The position numbers were made by a program, and so were the translations under genes. The notes under the pieces were generated by a model. That model did no database searches, was not told the DNA's origin, and saw nothing but the letters and a program-made list of their open reading frames with translations. Positions 18,269 through 29,526 of a DNA stretch of 64,000 nt are shown piece by piece; the first letter of the stretch is position 1, and each line of letters opens with the position of its first letter. Origin of the DNA: an uncultured Candidatus Rokubacteria bacterium (lineage in GTDB: Bacteria > Methylomirabilota > Methylomirabilia > Rokubacteriales > DASRDR01). The DNA lies in the NCBI GenBank assembly GCA_963708025.1, contig CAVPSB010000011.1:1-64000 (forward strand), read 5' to 3'.

Positions 18269-19420
18269 GTGAGCGATACAAAAGAGGTCGGGGACCCCAC
18301 CACGACGGCCGTGGCGGGTGCGTCATGGTCACAGACGCGGGTCCTCTTGCGTGTCATCTTCATGGCGCTCGCTGTTGCGGCGACAATGTGGATTCTCTAC
18401 GTGCTCAGAGGCGTGATCCTGCTCGTCGTGCTGGCGATCTTCTTCGCCTATCTGCTGGCGCCGCTGGTGGAGCTTTCGTGCCGTCCATTCACTGTGCGGG
18501 GGCGTGCGCACGTCATGCCCCGCGCGCTGGCGATCGGTGTGGTGTATCTCCTCACCTTCGGGTCCCTGGCGATCGGGACCGCCCTCTTGCTCCCCCAAGT
18601 TGGCACTCAGATCACCCAGTTCGCACAGGAGGCTCCGATCTACCTCGATCTTGCGCGCTCACGGGCGCTCGGGTGGACCACCTCCTATGAGGAGTATCGG
18701 CTCCCAGCCGCCGTCCGCGATGCCATCAATAAGAGTGCGACGCGCGCGGTTGAAACCGCAGGGACGTATGTGACGGAAGGGCTAGGCAACTTCCTCATCC
18801 AATTGTTCGGGTTTCTCCCGTGGCTCATCTTGATACCGATCCTCGCCTTCTTTCTCCTGAAGGATTCGGCCAGCTTTCGCGCGATCGCGTTGCAGACGCT
18901 CCCGCGGGGGCGTTGGCACTGGCGCGGCCGCAAGGTCCTTCAGGACATCAACGCGACCTTGGCCGTGTACATCCGCGCGCAGTTGATCGCCTGTCTGTTG
19001 ATCGGCACCGTCTGTACCGTTGGCTTCTATCTCATCGGCGTGCGTTACGCACTCGTGCTGGGCATCGTCTCGGGCCTACTCGAATTCATTCCCCTGATCG
19101 GGCCGCTCGTCGTCGCGCTGATCGTCACGCTGATCGCCAGCTTCTTCTCGATCAAGCAGGCCCTCGGCGTGGTCGTGTTCTTGGGTATTGTGCGCATCGT
19201 TCACGACTACGTCATCTACCCGCGCATCATCGGACACGGCATGCCTCTCCATCCGTTCGCGGTGATCGTGGCGATCCTGTGCGGCGCGGCGCTGGCAGGC
19301 GTGCCGGGAGTCTTTCTGGCGATTCCGACCGTCGCGATCCTGTCCGTCGGGTATCGCCACTGGCTGGAACACACAGGCAGTGACGGTCTGGTGGCGGACC
19401 TGCTGAAACGACGTGAATAG
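18269..19420 (+). CDS. AI-2E family transporter
   Basis: Multi-TM; FFAYLLAPLV, YIRAQL, LEFIPLIG, IYPRIIG..LHP, GVFLAIP. Confidence 0.92.
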   Translation: MSDTKEVGDPTTTAVAGASWSQTRVLLRVIFMALAVAATMWILYVLRGVILLVVLAIFFAYLLAPLVELSCRPFTVRGRAHVMPRALAIGVVYLLTFGSLAIGTALLLPQVGTQITQFAQEAPIYLDLARSRALGWTTSYEEYRLPAAVRDAINKSATRAVETAGTYVTEGLGNFLIQLFGFLPWLILIPILAFFLLKDSASFRAIALQTLPRGRWHWRGRKVLQDINATLAVYIRAQLIACLLIGTVCTVGFYLIGVRYALVLGIVSGLLEFIPLIGPLVVALIVTLIASFFSIKQALGVVVFLGIVRIVHDYVIYPRIIGHGMPLHPFAVIVAILCGAALAGVPGVFLAIPTVAILSVGYRHWLEHTGSDGLVADLLKRRE

Positions 19421-19509
19421 ATCGTCGCCGCCCCCGCTTCAGCGGATCCCGATTCAGAGGGTGTCCGGCCTGGATGCCACCCGCATCGCCCTTTAGGCGG
19501 GGCAGGACC

Positions 19510-19680
19510 ATGGCCATGACCACGCAAGGGTCGAGGTCTTGGCCAGATCGTGACCAGACCCTTTGGGCCAGAGCGGTGCGCGTGAAGGGATCGCCCCTCG
19601 ATTTCGCGCTGCGCGTCGTGTCTGGCTTCAACCGGAGCCAGGGGCTCCTTCTGTCCGGCGCGCTTGCCTAACTACGCGAC
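19510..19680 (+). pseudogene. Truncated YihY/BrkB-family membrane protein (N-terminus only)
   Basis: FALRVVSGFNRSQGLLLSGALA(YY) resembles a YihY N-terminus; it ends abruptly against a convergent gene. Confidence 0.55.
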
Positions 19681-19723
19681 GACGATTCGGTCCCCGCGCG
19701 GCCCGCTCAGGTGGCTGTACCGC

Positions 19724-20191
19724 CTACTCGGGTGGGGGCGCGGGCAGTGTCCCGTAGCGCGCCCGGAGCTGCGCCTCGTACTCCTTGAACCGGCGCTCGG
19801 CCTCCTCGTACTGCCGCTGCATCGCTTGTTTCGTCTCCGGCCGATCCTCCTCGGAGATCCGCCCGAAGATCTCGGCCACGGCACGCCGGAGGCGAACGAG
19901 CTCGGCGAGCTCCCAGGGCGGAGGCGGCGTCGTCGCGGCCGGAGTCGCGACAGCAGGGGCCGGAGCGGGTGCCGGGGCCGGCGACGCGGTGGAACCAGGG
20001 GCCTTGGTCGCGGCGATGCCACTCGGCGGCGACGCCTTCGATGCCGGTCGGTCGGGCGCTGGCGCTCGCGGCGAAAGCTCGACCGTGGGCGCCGGCACCG
20101 TGCCTTGCCAGCTGACCCAGATCGCGGCGGGCACACCGACGGCCACGCCAAGGACGATCACGACCCAGAGAACCGTCTCGATTCCTCGCAT
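19724..20191 (-). CDS. Hypothetical membrane-anchored protein with Pro/Ala linker and C-terminal helices
   Basis: N-terminal TM, APAPAPAP linker, charged helical end. Confidence 0.6.
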   Translation of the reverse strand: MRGIETVLWVVIVLGVAVGVPAAIWVSWQGTVPAPTVELSPRAPAPDRPASKASPPSGIAATKAPGSTASPAPAPAPAPAVATPAATTPPPPWELAELVRLRRAVAEIFGRISEEDRPETKQAMQRQYEEAERRFKEYEAQLRARYGTLPAPPPE

Positions 20192-20488
20192 GGCCGTCTA
20201 CTCGAGCTCGAGTTGCGCCTGGGAAGCTGGCGGGACCGGACTCACGCCGGGCGCCCTCCGGTGTGGAAATGGTCGGACGCTGCGGAAGCGGCGGATGCCG
20301 AGGGTGGCGCAGACGTCGTCGTGCCCTCCTCCGATCGCGCCAGGATTATACCCTTCCTGGAAGGGGAACCCGCGGCGATTGTCGATGAGTCGAGGGACCG
20401 CACCACCTGACCGGAATGGGCAGGCGGGCGCGGGCCAGGGGGCCGGGACCGGAGAGCTCGCCGACCCGCGGCCGGTGCCGCGCGGCGA

Positions 20489-20791
20489 TCAGCGAGCCGG
20501 GAATCGGGGCTGGAGGGTGCGCGGCTCCTCGACCGCCCTGACCCACGGCAGGTCGAGCACCGCCCCGAGGGCCGCCGGGGTCACCGCCACCACGATGGCG
20601 CCCGCACCGGCGCTCTCGACCTGCACCCCGAGCCCCCGCAGCTCCCGTTCCGCGTCCTCGGGCGCCGTGGAGTACGCGGGGCGCAGCACGACCGTACGAC
20701 GCTCGTCGGCCCCTGCTTCCCGGGCCCAGCGGGCGAGCGTCCCGGTCATCTTGTCGCGGCCCGGCGTCGTACCCGAGGGCTCCACTGTCAC
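20489..20791 (-). CDS. Stand-alone subtilase prodomain-like (I9-like) protein
   Basis: Aligns by eye to the prodomain of the adjacent S8 peptidase (see findings). Confidence 0.7.
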   Translation of the reverse strand: MTVEPSGTTPGRDKMTGTLARWAREAGADERRTVVLRPAYSTAPEDAERELRGLGVQVESAGAGAIVVAVTPAALGAVLDLPWVRAVEEPRTLQPRFPAR

Positions 20792-20857
20792 CCTCAGGCT
20801 AGCACGGGAAGCGCGGGCTCCGCGCGCCGGCGACGCCGTCCAGGGACCGGGTCCCGG

Positions 20858-22657
20858 TCACCCCTGGTAGTCGAGCAGCGCCTGGGCGTCCAGCTTGCCG
20901 AACCCGAAGCCCGAGGCCCACACCGGCCCTGTCTGCCCGTCGCGCCGCGCGGTGATGCGAAGCCGCTGCTGGACCTCCTCGGGCGTGAGCCGCGGCTCGC
21001 GCTGGAGCAGCAGGGCCACGACCCCGGCGACGAACGGCGTGGCCATGCTCGTGCCCTGGATCGTGATGTACTGCCCGGAGGGATGGTGGCGCGGCGTGTA
21101 GCGCGGATCCGTCGCCATCTCCGAGCCCGCGGCGAGGGCGGCCGTGACGTACTGACCGGGGGCCGCGATGTCCGGCTTGAGGGCGCCGTACCGGGTCGGG
21201 CCGAGGCTCGAGAAGGGCGAGAGCTGACCGACGATCAGGCCGTTCGCCGTGAGCACGCCGCCGGTGACCGGGAACTGCGTGCGGCTCACGAACGAGCCCA
21301 CCGCCAGGCAGCGCTCCTCGCTCGCCGGCATGCCGAGCGAGTAGCCGTCGTCGGTGGTCCCGGGGAAGAGGTGGGCCGAGGTGGAGGGGGAGACGGTGCC
21401 GCCCCAGGCGTGCACGGCGCCGTGCACCACGGCGTTCGCGTGAAAGCGGATGTGCCAGGTCTGATTGATCCGTCCCTGGGCGACGAACAGGGTGAGGTTC
21501 TGGTCGCGGTTGATCGGGTCCTCCTGCCAGTGGGCCTCGAACAGTCCGAAGACCGTGGTGACGAGATTGCCATCCGGAGCGTGCTGGACGCCGTCGGGCG
21601 TCTCGACGACCACGTCCACCTGATCGCCCCGCGGGACCCAGACGTTGACGAACTGGAGATCCGGGTCGGCGATGCGGATCGGGACCACGAGGTCCTGCCC
21701 CGCCGTCAGCTGACCGTGCCAGTGGATGCCGTCGCCCCCCTCGTTGCCGGCAGCGACGACCACGATGCGTCCCGGCCCGGACTCGCGCGCGATGACGTTC
21801 TCGATCGCCGAGGTCCCGTCGTGCGGTCCGAGGTGGCCCCCCAGGCTGAGGCTCACGACCGCCGGGCGATCGCCCGCCAGCTCGAAGACGCGCCGGATGC
21901 CCCAGATCGTGTGCGTGTCGAGCAACGGCTCGCTCCGCACCCCCACCAGCGCCGCCTCCGGCGCCACCCCGTGGAGCGGCCCGCCACTGGCCCGCCCGTT
22001 GCCCCCCGCGATGGAGGCGCAGTGGGTGCCGTGACCCTGGGGATCGCCCTGCGGCACCTGGCCCTGACCGGCCAGGGCGTCGTTGATGGCCTTGGCCGGG
22101 AACTCGTCGAAGACCGAGACCTGCTGGCCCTGGGGCTGCCGGGCGTGGGCGAAGAGCTCGAGCCGGGTGGAGCCGTCGGCGTTCCGGAAGTCCGGATGCC
22201 GCCAGTCCAGGCCGGTGTCCACCAGGCCGAGGACCACGCCGGCGCCGGTCAGGTGGTGGACCGCCACCGCGGCGTCGCTGCCGGTGACCGGCCCCCGCGC
22301 CTCGTCGAGGCGGGGCAGGAGCTGCCGCGGCGCCTCCGCGCGGCGGATGCCCGGGCAGGCCTGGAGGCGGGGCAAGACGTCGGGCGGCAGCTCCGCCAGG
22401 AGCACCTGCTCGCCGTCCGACAGCACGGCGCCGCCTGCCGCGCGGACCCAGTTGGCGGCCTCGCGCTCGCGCCCGGCCTGGGTGATCAGCTTGAGGCTCA
22501 CGCGCGGCGGCGTCGGCGGCGGAGGCGCCGCCGCCCGGCGGCGAGCGGCCAGCGCCTCGAGCGGCACCGGGACCAGGGTGGCATCGGGGGAGGCGGCCTT
22601 GATCGCGAGCGAGGACAGGGCGGCGTCCATGATGGTACGGGTCGCTGGACGGGTCAT
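20858..22657 (-). CDS. S8 subtilisin-family serine peptidase (CspA-like, inserted beta domain), no signal peptide
   Basis: GLVDTG, GHGTHCASIAGG, AAGNEG, KPDIAAPG, GTSMATPFVAG. Confidence 0.95.
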   Translation of the reverse strand: MTRPATRTIMDAALSSLAIKAASPDATLVPVPLEALAARRRAAAPPPPTPPRVSLKLITQAGREREAANWVRAAGGAVLSDGEQVLLAELPPDVLPRLQACPGIRRAEAPRQLLPRLDEARGPVTGSDAAVAVHHLTGAGVVLGLVDTGLDWRHPDFRNADGSTRLELFAHARQPQGQQVSVFDEFPAKAINDALAGQGQVPQGDPQGHGTHCASIAGGNGRASGGPLHGVAPEAALVGVRSEPLLDTHTIWGIRRVFELAGDRPAVVSLSLGGHLGPHDGTSAIENVIARESGPGRIVVVAAGNEGGDGIHWHGQLTAGQDLVVPIRIADPDLQFVNVWVPRGDQVDVVVETPDGVQHAPDGNLVTTVFGLFEAHWQEDPINRDQNLTLFVAQGRINQTWHIRFHANAVVHGAVHAWGGTVSPSTSAHLFPGTTDDGYSLGMPASEERCLAVGSFVSRTQFPVTGGVLTANGLIVGQLSPFSSLGPTRYGALKPDIAAPGQYVTAALAAGSEMATDPRYTPRHHPSGQYITIQGTSMATPFVAGVVALLLQREPRLTPEEVQQRLRITARRDGQTGPVWASGFGFGKLDAQALLDYQG

Positions 22658-22802
22658 GCTCCTACCTCCTTCCGGTCACGGCAAACCAGGCGCACGAGGG
22701 GCCGCGGCGGCGGTCTCCCACGTGCGCGATGCTCATCGCTCTGACGATGAGCCCGTGCGCGGACGGCCGTCAAGCGTCTAACGCGGTTGGACCGCGAGCG
22801 GA

Positions 22803-23654
22803 TCAGGACTCCTCCACGATCGGGTTCCGGAGCACGCCGATCGAGCTGATGTCCACCTCCACCTCGTCGCCCTTCTTCATCCAGACGGGCGGATCACGCC
22901 GCGATCCCACGCCACCGGGCGTCCCGGTGGCGATGACGTCGCCGGGGGCGAGCGGCGTGAAGCTCGTGACGTAGGCGATGATCACCGGGATCGTGTAGAT
23001 GAGCAGGTCCGTCGTGGCGCGCTGCAGCTCGCGGCCGTCGAGGCGCGTGGACAGGGTGAGCCGCGTGGGATCGGGGATCTCGTCCGTCGTCACCACCCAG
23101 GGTCCGAACGCGCCGGAGGCGCGGAAGTTCTTTCCGGGGGTCCACTGGGTGGTGTGGCGCTGGAAGTCGCGCACCGAGCCATCGTTGAAGCACGCGTAAC
23201 CCGCGATGCACCCGAGGGCCTCCGCCTCCGGCACGCGCCAGGCCGGCTTGCCGATGACGACGGCCAGCTCGCCCTCGTAGTCGAACTGCTCGCTGAGCCG
23301 GGGCTTGACCATGGGCTGGCCGTGCCCGACGACGCTGTCGATGAAGCGCACGAAGATCGAGGGATGCGGCGTCTCGGTGCGCCCCGTCTCGGCGACGTGC
23401 GTCTTGTAGTTGAGGCCGACGCACAGGAGCTTCTCGGGATCCCGGATCGGCGGCAGGAGCTCGACCTCGTCCAGCGCGGCGTCGGGCGGCTGGCCGGCGG
23501 TGGCCGCCCGGACCTCGCCGAGGGCCTCGGCGGCCAGCACGCCCCGCAGCCCCGCATAGCGGCCAGCCAGGCGTCGCCGGGCATCGACGACCCCGCCGTC
23601 AACGGCCACCCCGAACGTCTCGACTCCCTTGTGCCGATACGTGACGAGCTTCAT
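22803..23654 (-). CDS. Fumarylacetoacetate hydrolase family protein
   Basis: CVGLNY, DYEGELAVVIG, NDGSVRD, GKNF, GDVIATGTPGGVG. Confidence 0.95.
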   Translation of the reverse strand: MKLVTYRHKGVETFGVAVDGGVVDARRRLAGRYAGLRGVLAAEALGEVRAATAGQPPDAALDEVELLPPIRDPEKLLCVGLNYKTHVAETGRTETPHPSIFVRFIDSVVGHGQPMVKPRLSEQFDYEGELAVVIGKPAWRVPEAEALGCIAGYACFNDGSVRDFQRHTTQWTPGKNFRASGAFGPWVVTTDEIPDPTRLTLSTRLDGRELQRATTDLLIYTIPVIIAYVTSFTPLAPGDVIATGTPGGVGSRRDPPVWMKKGDEVEVDISSIGVLRNPIVEES

Positions 23655-23699
23655 GCACGCCTCCCTGAGTGGTGACCGCCCTGGTGAAGGATCCGCGCC

Positions 23700-25558
23700 C
23701 TACGCGACGATGGCCGGGTCGAAGCGGAGCACGACGTAGCCGCCGACCGCGCCGGCGCCGAAGCCGGGGGCGAAGATCCGCATCGGCCGCGTGATCACGC
23801 CCTCCTTCACGGCGTCGACCAGGGCGATGGGAATGCTGGCCGACGAGGTGTTGCCGACCCGCTCGATGTCGAAGTAGAGCCGCTCGGGGGCGATGCCGGC
23901 CGCCCGCGCCAGGCCGACCACCATGGTCTTGTTGGCCTGGTGGGGGACGATCAGGTCGATGGCGTCGAGCAGGGAGCCGGCCCCCCCGTCCGGGTGCGGG
24001 AGGGCCGCCAGCTCGCCGATCATCTGGCCGAGGTAGCGCTTGACCAGCGCCTTCACCTCCGGCCCGTACACGGTGATGTTGTTGTCGAACTCCGGGTTGG
24101 GCCAGATGATCGAGTCCACCTCGCTCATGGGCCCGCTGGCGTAGGTCTGGAAGAGCTCGATGTCCGGGGCCGCCCCGATCGGGGCGGGGCCCACGACGAG
24201 GGCGCCGGCGCCGTCGCCGAAGATCATCCGGGAGGTCCGCACGGTGCCGATCTTGTCCGAGAACTTCTCCCCGCAGACCACCAGCACCGGCCGCTCGACC
24301 TCCTGGAGGAGCCGCACCGCCTCCGACAGCCCGTACGGCAGCCCGGCGCAGGCGGCAACCAGGTCGCAGGAGACGTGGGTCTGGAACATGCCGAGCTGCC
24401 CCGAGAGCCAGGTGGCCAGGGACGGCATCATCTTCGCGCTGGTGCAGGAGCAGAAGAGCACCGCCCCGATCTCCTCGGGACGCCGGCCCGGCCTTGTCCA
24501 GCGCCTGCTGGGCCGCGATCAGCGACATGTGGTCGAGGTCCAGCTCGGTGTAGCGCCGCTCGACGATCCCGGTCTTCTCGCGGATCTCCTCGGCGCTCAT
24601 GGGTGACCAGCAGTAGGCCGCGTTGCGGATCAGGTCGTCGTTCGTGCACACGCGCTCGCCCTTGTAGACGGCGAGGGCCTCCAGCCGCGGCATCACCACG
24701 AACCGCTTCCGCACGTCCACCGGCGGATAGGGGGCGGCCGGCGGGCGCGACGGGGCCGGCGCCGGCTTGCGGGGCCGGCTACGCGGGCCGCGCTTGACCC
24801 GGCGGATGAACTGGAGGACCTCGTCGTTGCGGGGGTGGAAGACGACCACGAAGTCGTCGTCGTGGAGCTTGCCGACCTCGGTCGCCCGCGTCTTGGCCCG
24901 GTCCCAGCGGTACTGGTTGTGGAGCACCATGGCCTGGCGCAGGAGCGCCTCCAGCTCGGGCACCTCGTGCGCGCACTCGATGATGTCGTCGTGGCCGTAG
25001 CCCGGGTAGTCGGCGTCGTAGTCGAGGAGGTGGTAGGTCAGGTTCCGGGGATCGCCCAGGATCTCCGGCACGGTGGGCTTGATCGCCGGCAGCTCCGCCC
25101 CCGCCCCCTTCTTGTGGCGGAAGACGTCGAGCAGGATGCGAGAAGACCTTGTCCTCGGTCCCGAGGTCCCAGCTGGCCGGCAGCGCCCGGTAGCCGGCCT
25201 CGATGGCCGCCGACAGCTCGAGGGCGTCCCAGGGCTTGTAGACCGGGAGGAAGACGTCGTCGCGGCGCCGCGGCACGTCGCGCCAGCGGGTCGGGCGCTT
25301 GACGTACATGGTCAGCGCGTAGCGGTTCACCCAGAAGAGGTTGAGCGCGAGGTCGCGGAGCAGCTCGTAGCGGCTGCGGTACCCACGCGACTCCACCCGG
25401 GCCACGATGTCGGTTTCCGTCGGCGCCTTCTCCTCGAAGTCGCGCTTGATGACGCCCGCGAACTGGTCGAGCGTCTCGAAGATCGAGAAGTCGAGCTCCG
25501 GGAAGAAGTTCCCGGGAAAGACCATGCGGCCATAGCGGTTGAGCAGGAAGGGCTTCAT
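23700..25558 (-). CDS. 3-oxoacyl-ACP synthase III (FabH-like) with ~280-aa N-terminal extension (2 frameshifts)
   Basis: IREKTGIVERR, DLVAACAG, FGDGAGA, PHQAN, GNTSSASIP, FGAG. Confidence 0.85.
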
Positions 25559-25658
25559 CGAGGAGACCTCACTTCCGTGGCGACTGGAGCAGCGACCGGG
25601 TCCGCGGCGGGCACCCTGCCGGCCATTCTAGCAAAGCCGTGAGGGGGCCGGGGGGCGC

Positions 25659-25688
25659 TTGACACCCCCGACGGCGCTCGGCTATAAG
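25659..25688 (+). promoter_or_regulatory. sigma70 promoter of the opp operon (with a divergent extended -10 TGCTAGAAT at 25625-25633)
   Basis: TTGACA-N18-TATAAG. Confidence 0.5.
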
Positions 25689-25862
25689 GGAGCCAGCATC
25701 CCTCGTGATCGGCCGACTGACCGTTCCCCGAGGCCTTTGTCCACGCGGCCTTAGGCGCACCCGACTGGCTGGCAGGCGCTCCGCGCCGCGCCGGCGCCGC
25801 CCGGGTGGTCGGACCGCCAGGCCACCGGTTCGGCTCGCGCCGGGCACCGGCTCCTGACCCCG

Positions 25863-26858
25863 ATGGGTGTCCTCCTCGACGTCCGCTCGCTCTCCACCGA
25901 GTTCGCCACGCGGGGCGGCGTCGTGCGCGCCGTGGACACCGTGTCCTGGGACGTCCTGGAGGGCGAGACCGTGGCGCTGGTCGGGGAGTCGGGCTGCGGC
26001 AAGAGCGTGACCGCGCTCTCGATCATGCGGCTGGTGCCGGCGCCGGGCGGACGGATCGTGGGGGGACAGGTGCTGTTCAAGGGGCGCGACCTCCTCGCCC
26101 TGTCCGAGGAGGAGATGCGCCGGGTCCGGGGCCGCGAGATCGCGATGGTCTTCCAGGAGCCCATGACGTCCCTCAACCCGGTGCTGACGATCGGCCGCCA
26201 GCTCACCGAGGGGCTCGAGATCCACCTCGGGATGACGCCGGCCGAGGCCCGGCGCCGCGCCGAGGAGCTGCTCGGCCTGGTCGGCATTCCCGACCCGGGC
26301 CGCCGCCTCCCCCAGTTCCCCCACCAGTTCAGCGGCGGGATGCGCCAGCGGATGATGATCGCGATGGCGCTCGCCTGCCAGCCGGCGCTGGTCCTGGCCG
26401 ACGAGCCCACCACGGCCCTGGACGTGACGATCCAGGCCCAGATCCTCGAGCTGATGAAGGACCTCTCCCGCCGCCTGGGCGCGGCGATGCTCGTCATCAC
26501 CCACAACCTCGGCGTGGTCGCGCGGTACGCCGACCGCGTCAACGTCATGTACGCCGGCAAGATCATCGAGCGCGGCACCGCCCGCGAGCTGTACGCCAGC
26601 CCCCGGCACCCCTACACGCTCGGCCTCCTGCGGTCGGTGCCGCGGCTGGACGAGCCGCGGCGGGCCCGGCTCCAGCCGATCGAGGGCCAGCCGCCCGACC
26701 TGACGCGCCTGCCGCCCGGCTGCGCCTTCACGCCCCGCTGCGCGTTCGCGGTCGAGCGCTGCCGTCGCGAGCGTCCGACCCTCCGTCCGGCCGGTGACGA
26801 CGGTCACGTCACCGCCTGCTGGGAGGCGGAGCGGCTGGCCGCGGAGGCGCTCCGGTGA
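25863..26858 (+). CDS. oppD: Oligopeptide/dipeptide ABC ATPase
   Basis: [26 protein letters not shown]-terminal Cys. Confidence 0.93.
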   Translation: MGVLLDVRSLSTEFATRGGVVRAVDTVSWDVLEGETVALVGESGCGKSVTALSIMRLVPAPGGRIVGGQVLFKGRDLLALSEEEMRRVRGREIAMVFQEPMTSLNPVLTIGRQLTEGLEIHLGMTPAEARRRAEELLGLVGIPDPGRRLPQFPHQFSGGMRQRMMIAMALACQPALVLADEPTTALDVTIQAQILELMKDLSRRLGAAMLVITHNLGVVARYADRVNVMYAGKIIERGTARELYASPRHPYTLGLLRSVPRLDEPRRARLQPIEGQPPDLTRLPPGCAFTPRCAFAVERCRRERPTLRPAGDDGHVTACWEAERLAAEALR

Positions 26859-27848
26859 GCGGCAACGGCGCCGCCGGCGAGGTCCTCCTCGAGGTCCGCG
26901 ACCTCGTCAAGCACTTCCCGGTCGGCGGGGGCCTCTTCCGCAAGCCGCGCGGCCTCATCCGCGCCGTGGACGGCGTGAGCTTCGCGATCCGGCGGGGCGA
27001 GACGCTGGGGCTGGTCGGCGAGTCGGGCTGCGGCAAGACGACGACCGGCCGCTGCATCCTCCAGCTCGAGCGGCCGACGTCGGGGAGCGTCGTGTTCGAG
27101 GGCCGGGATCTCACGCGGCTCGACCAGACGGCGCTGCGGGCGGTCCGCCGCCGGATGCAGGTGATCTTCCAGGACCCCTACAGCTCGCTCAACCCGCGCA
27201 TGACGATCGGCCAGATCATCGCCGAGCCGCTGGCCGTGCACCGGATCGTGACCGACCCCGCCGCCCGGGCGGCGCGCGACGCAGAGCCTCCTCTCCCACG
27301 TCGGGCTCCTGTCCCAGCACGCCCACCGCTACCCGCACCAGCTCTCGGGCGGCCAGCGCCAGCGGGTCGGCATCGCCCGGGCGCTGGCCATGGAGCCGTC
27401 GCTGATCGTCTGCGACGAGCCGGTCTCGGCCCTCGACGTCTCCATCCAGGCCCAGATCATCAACCTGCTGGAGGATCTCCAGGCCGAGTTCGGCCTGACC
27501 TACCTCTTCGTGGCGCACGACCTCTCGGTCGTCCGCCACATCTCGGACCGGGTCGCGGTGATGTACCTCGGGCGGATCGTCGAGATCGCCGACCGCAAGG
27601 CCCTCTACGACGACCCCCTCCACCCCTACACCCGGGCCCTCCTGTCGGCCGTCCCCATCCCGGACCCGGTGGTGGAAGCCCGGCGGGAGCGTCTCGTCCT
27701 GGGCGGCGAGGTCCCCAGCCCGCTCAACCCGCCGTCAGGATGCGTCTTCCACCCCCGGTGCCCGATCGCCGTCGAGCGCTGCCGGAGCGTCGTCCCCGAC
27801 TTCCGGGAGGTCAAGCCGGGACACTGGGCGGCATGTCTCCTGACTTGA
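26855..27848 (+). CDS. oppF: Oligopeptide/dipeptide ABC ATPase (frameshift ~27280)
   Basis: [32 protein letters not shown]. Confidence 0.9.
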
Positions 27849-27904
27849 TACACTGTCTGGCGAGCTCCCGCGCCGGATCCACCCGAGCCTCCGGAGGTCG
27901 TCGC

Positions 27905-29499
27905 ATGCGTCGTCTCTCGGTCTGCGTCGCCCTGCTGGTCGCCACCGTCGTCGCCGGGCCCGCCGCCGCCCAGGAGAAGCCGCGATCGGGCGGCGAGCTG
28001 CTCTTCGTGGTGCCGGCCGAGCCGCCCTCCTACGACGCCCACCGCGAGTCAACCTTCGCGTTGATCCACCCGGCGGCGCCGCACTACAACACCCTGCTCC
28101 GCACCGACCCCACCGAGAAGAGCGGCACCAAGATCATCGGCGACCTCGCCGAGTCCTGGACCGTGTCCAAGGACGGCCGCACCTACACCCTCAAGCTCCG
28201 CCAGGGGGTGAAGTTCCACGACGGGAGCGAGCTGACGTCGCGGGATGTCAAGGCCACCTACGACAAGATCATCAGCCCGCCGGCGGGCGTGGCCTCCGAG
28301 CGGAAGGGCGAGTACGTCAACGTGGAGGCGGTGCAGGCCCCGGATCCCTCCACGATCGTCTTCCGGCTGAAGTGGCCGTCCGGCTCTTTCCTCTCGTCGC
28401 TGGCGTCGCCGTGGAACTGGATCTACAAGGCGGACCTCCTGGCCAAGGATCTTCACTGGTACGAGAAGAACGTCATGGGCACCGGGCCCTTCACCTTCGT
28501 CGAGCACGTCAGGGGCTCCCACTGGGTCGGGAAGAAGAACCCCGGCTACTGGGACAAGGGCAAGCCCTACCTCGACGGCTACCGGGCCATCTTCGTCAGG
28601 GACGACGCCGCCCAGGTCGCCGCCGTCCGCGGCGAGCGCGCGATGATCCAGTTCCGCGGCTTCTCGCCCGCCCAGCGCGACGCGATGGTCCAGGCGCTCG
28701 GCAACAAGATCACCGTGCAGGAGAGCCCGTGGGACTGCGCGCTGTGGGTGGCGCCGAACCACGAGCGGAAGCCGTTCGACGACAAGCGCGTGCGCCGGGC
28801 CCTCTCCCTGGCGCTCGACCGCTACCAGGGCTCCCAGGCGCTGTCCAAGATCGCCATCGTGAAAGAGGTCGCCGGCGTCGATGGTGCCCGGCACTCCGTT
28901 CGCCACGCCGCCGGCGGAGCTGGAGAAGCTGGCCGGTTACGGCCGCGACATCGCCAAGAACCGAGCCGAGGCCAGGCGGCTCCTCCGGGAGGCGGGCGTC
29001 CCCGACGGCTTCGGCTTCAAGCTGCTGAATCGCGGCCGTCCCGATGCCCTACGAGCCGATCGGGGTGTGGCTCATCGACCAGTGGCGCCAGATCGGGCTC
29101 AACGTCACCCAGGAGTTCGCGGAGACCGCGAAGTACTTCGCCGATTTCCGCGGGGGCGGCTTCGACGTGGGCGTGCACTTCCAGTGCGGGTACATCGTGG
29201 AGCCCGATCTCGACCTCTACATGTTCCAGTCCAAGGAGATCAGCCAGGCCAACTACGCCCGCTACACGGACAAGGCCCTGGACGAGCTGTACCAGAAGCA
29301 GAGCCGGACCGCTGACCCCGAGGAGCGGAAGAAGCTGGTGCGGGAGTTCGAGAAGCGCCTCCTGGACGAGGAGGCCCACTACGTGGCGACGCTCCAGTGG
29401 CACCGGATCATCCCGCACAGCGCGAAGGTGCGGGGGTGGACCATCACCCCGAGTCACTACCTGAACCAGCAGCTCGACACGGTGTGGCTGGCCGAGTAG
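27905..29499 (+). CDS. ABC peptide-type substrate-binding protein, family 5 (frameshifted)
   Basis: Signal peptide; GDLAESW, VKFHDG, GTGPF; paralog of the next gene. Confidence 0.9.
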
Positions 29500-29526
29500 G
29501 CCGGCCGACACGGAGGAGGTGTCCCG

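Noticed and set aside
25689-25862. ~170-nt opp leader with GGAGCC/GGCTCC ends as a 6S-like or riboswitch RNA
   Set aside because: The 5' strand of the stem lies upstream of the predicted TSS, no known motif is recognisable, and pairing is easy by chance at this GC.
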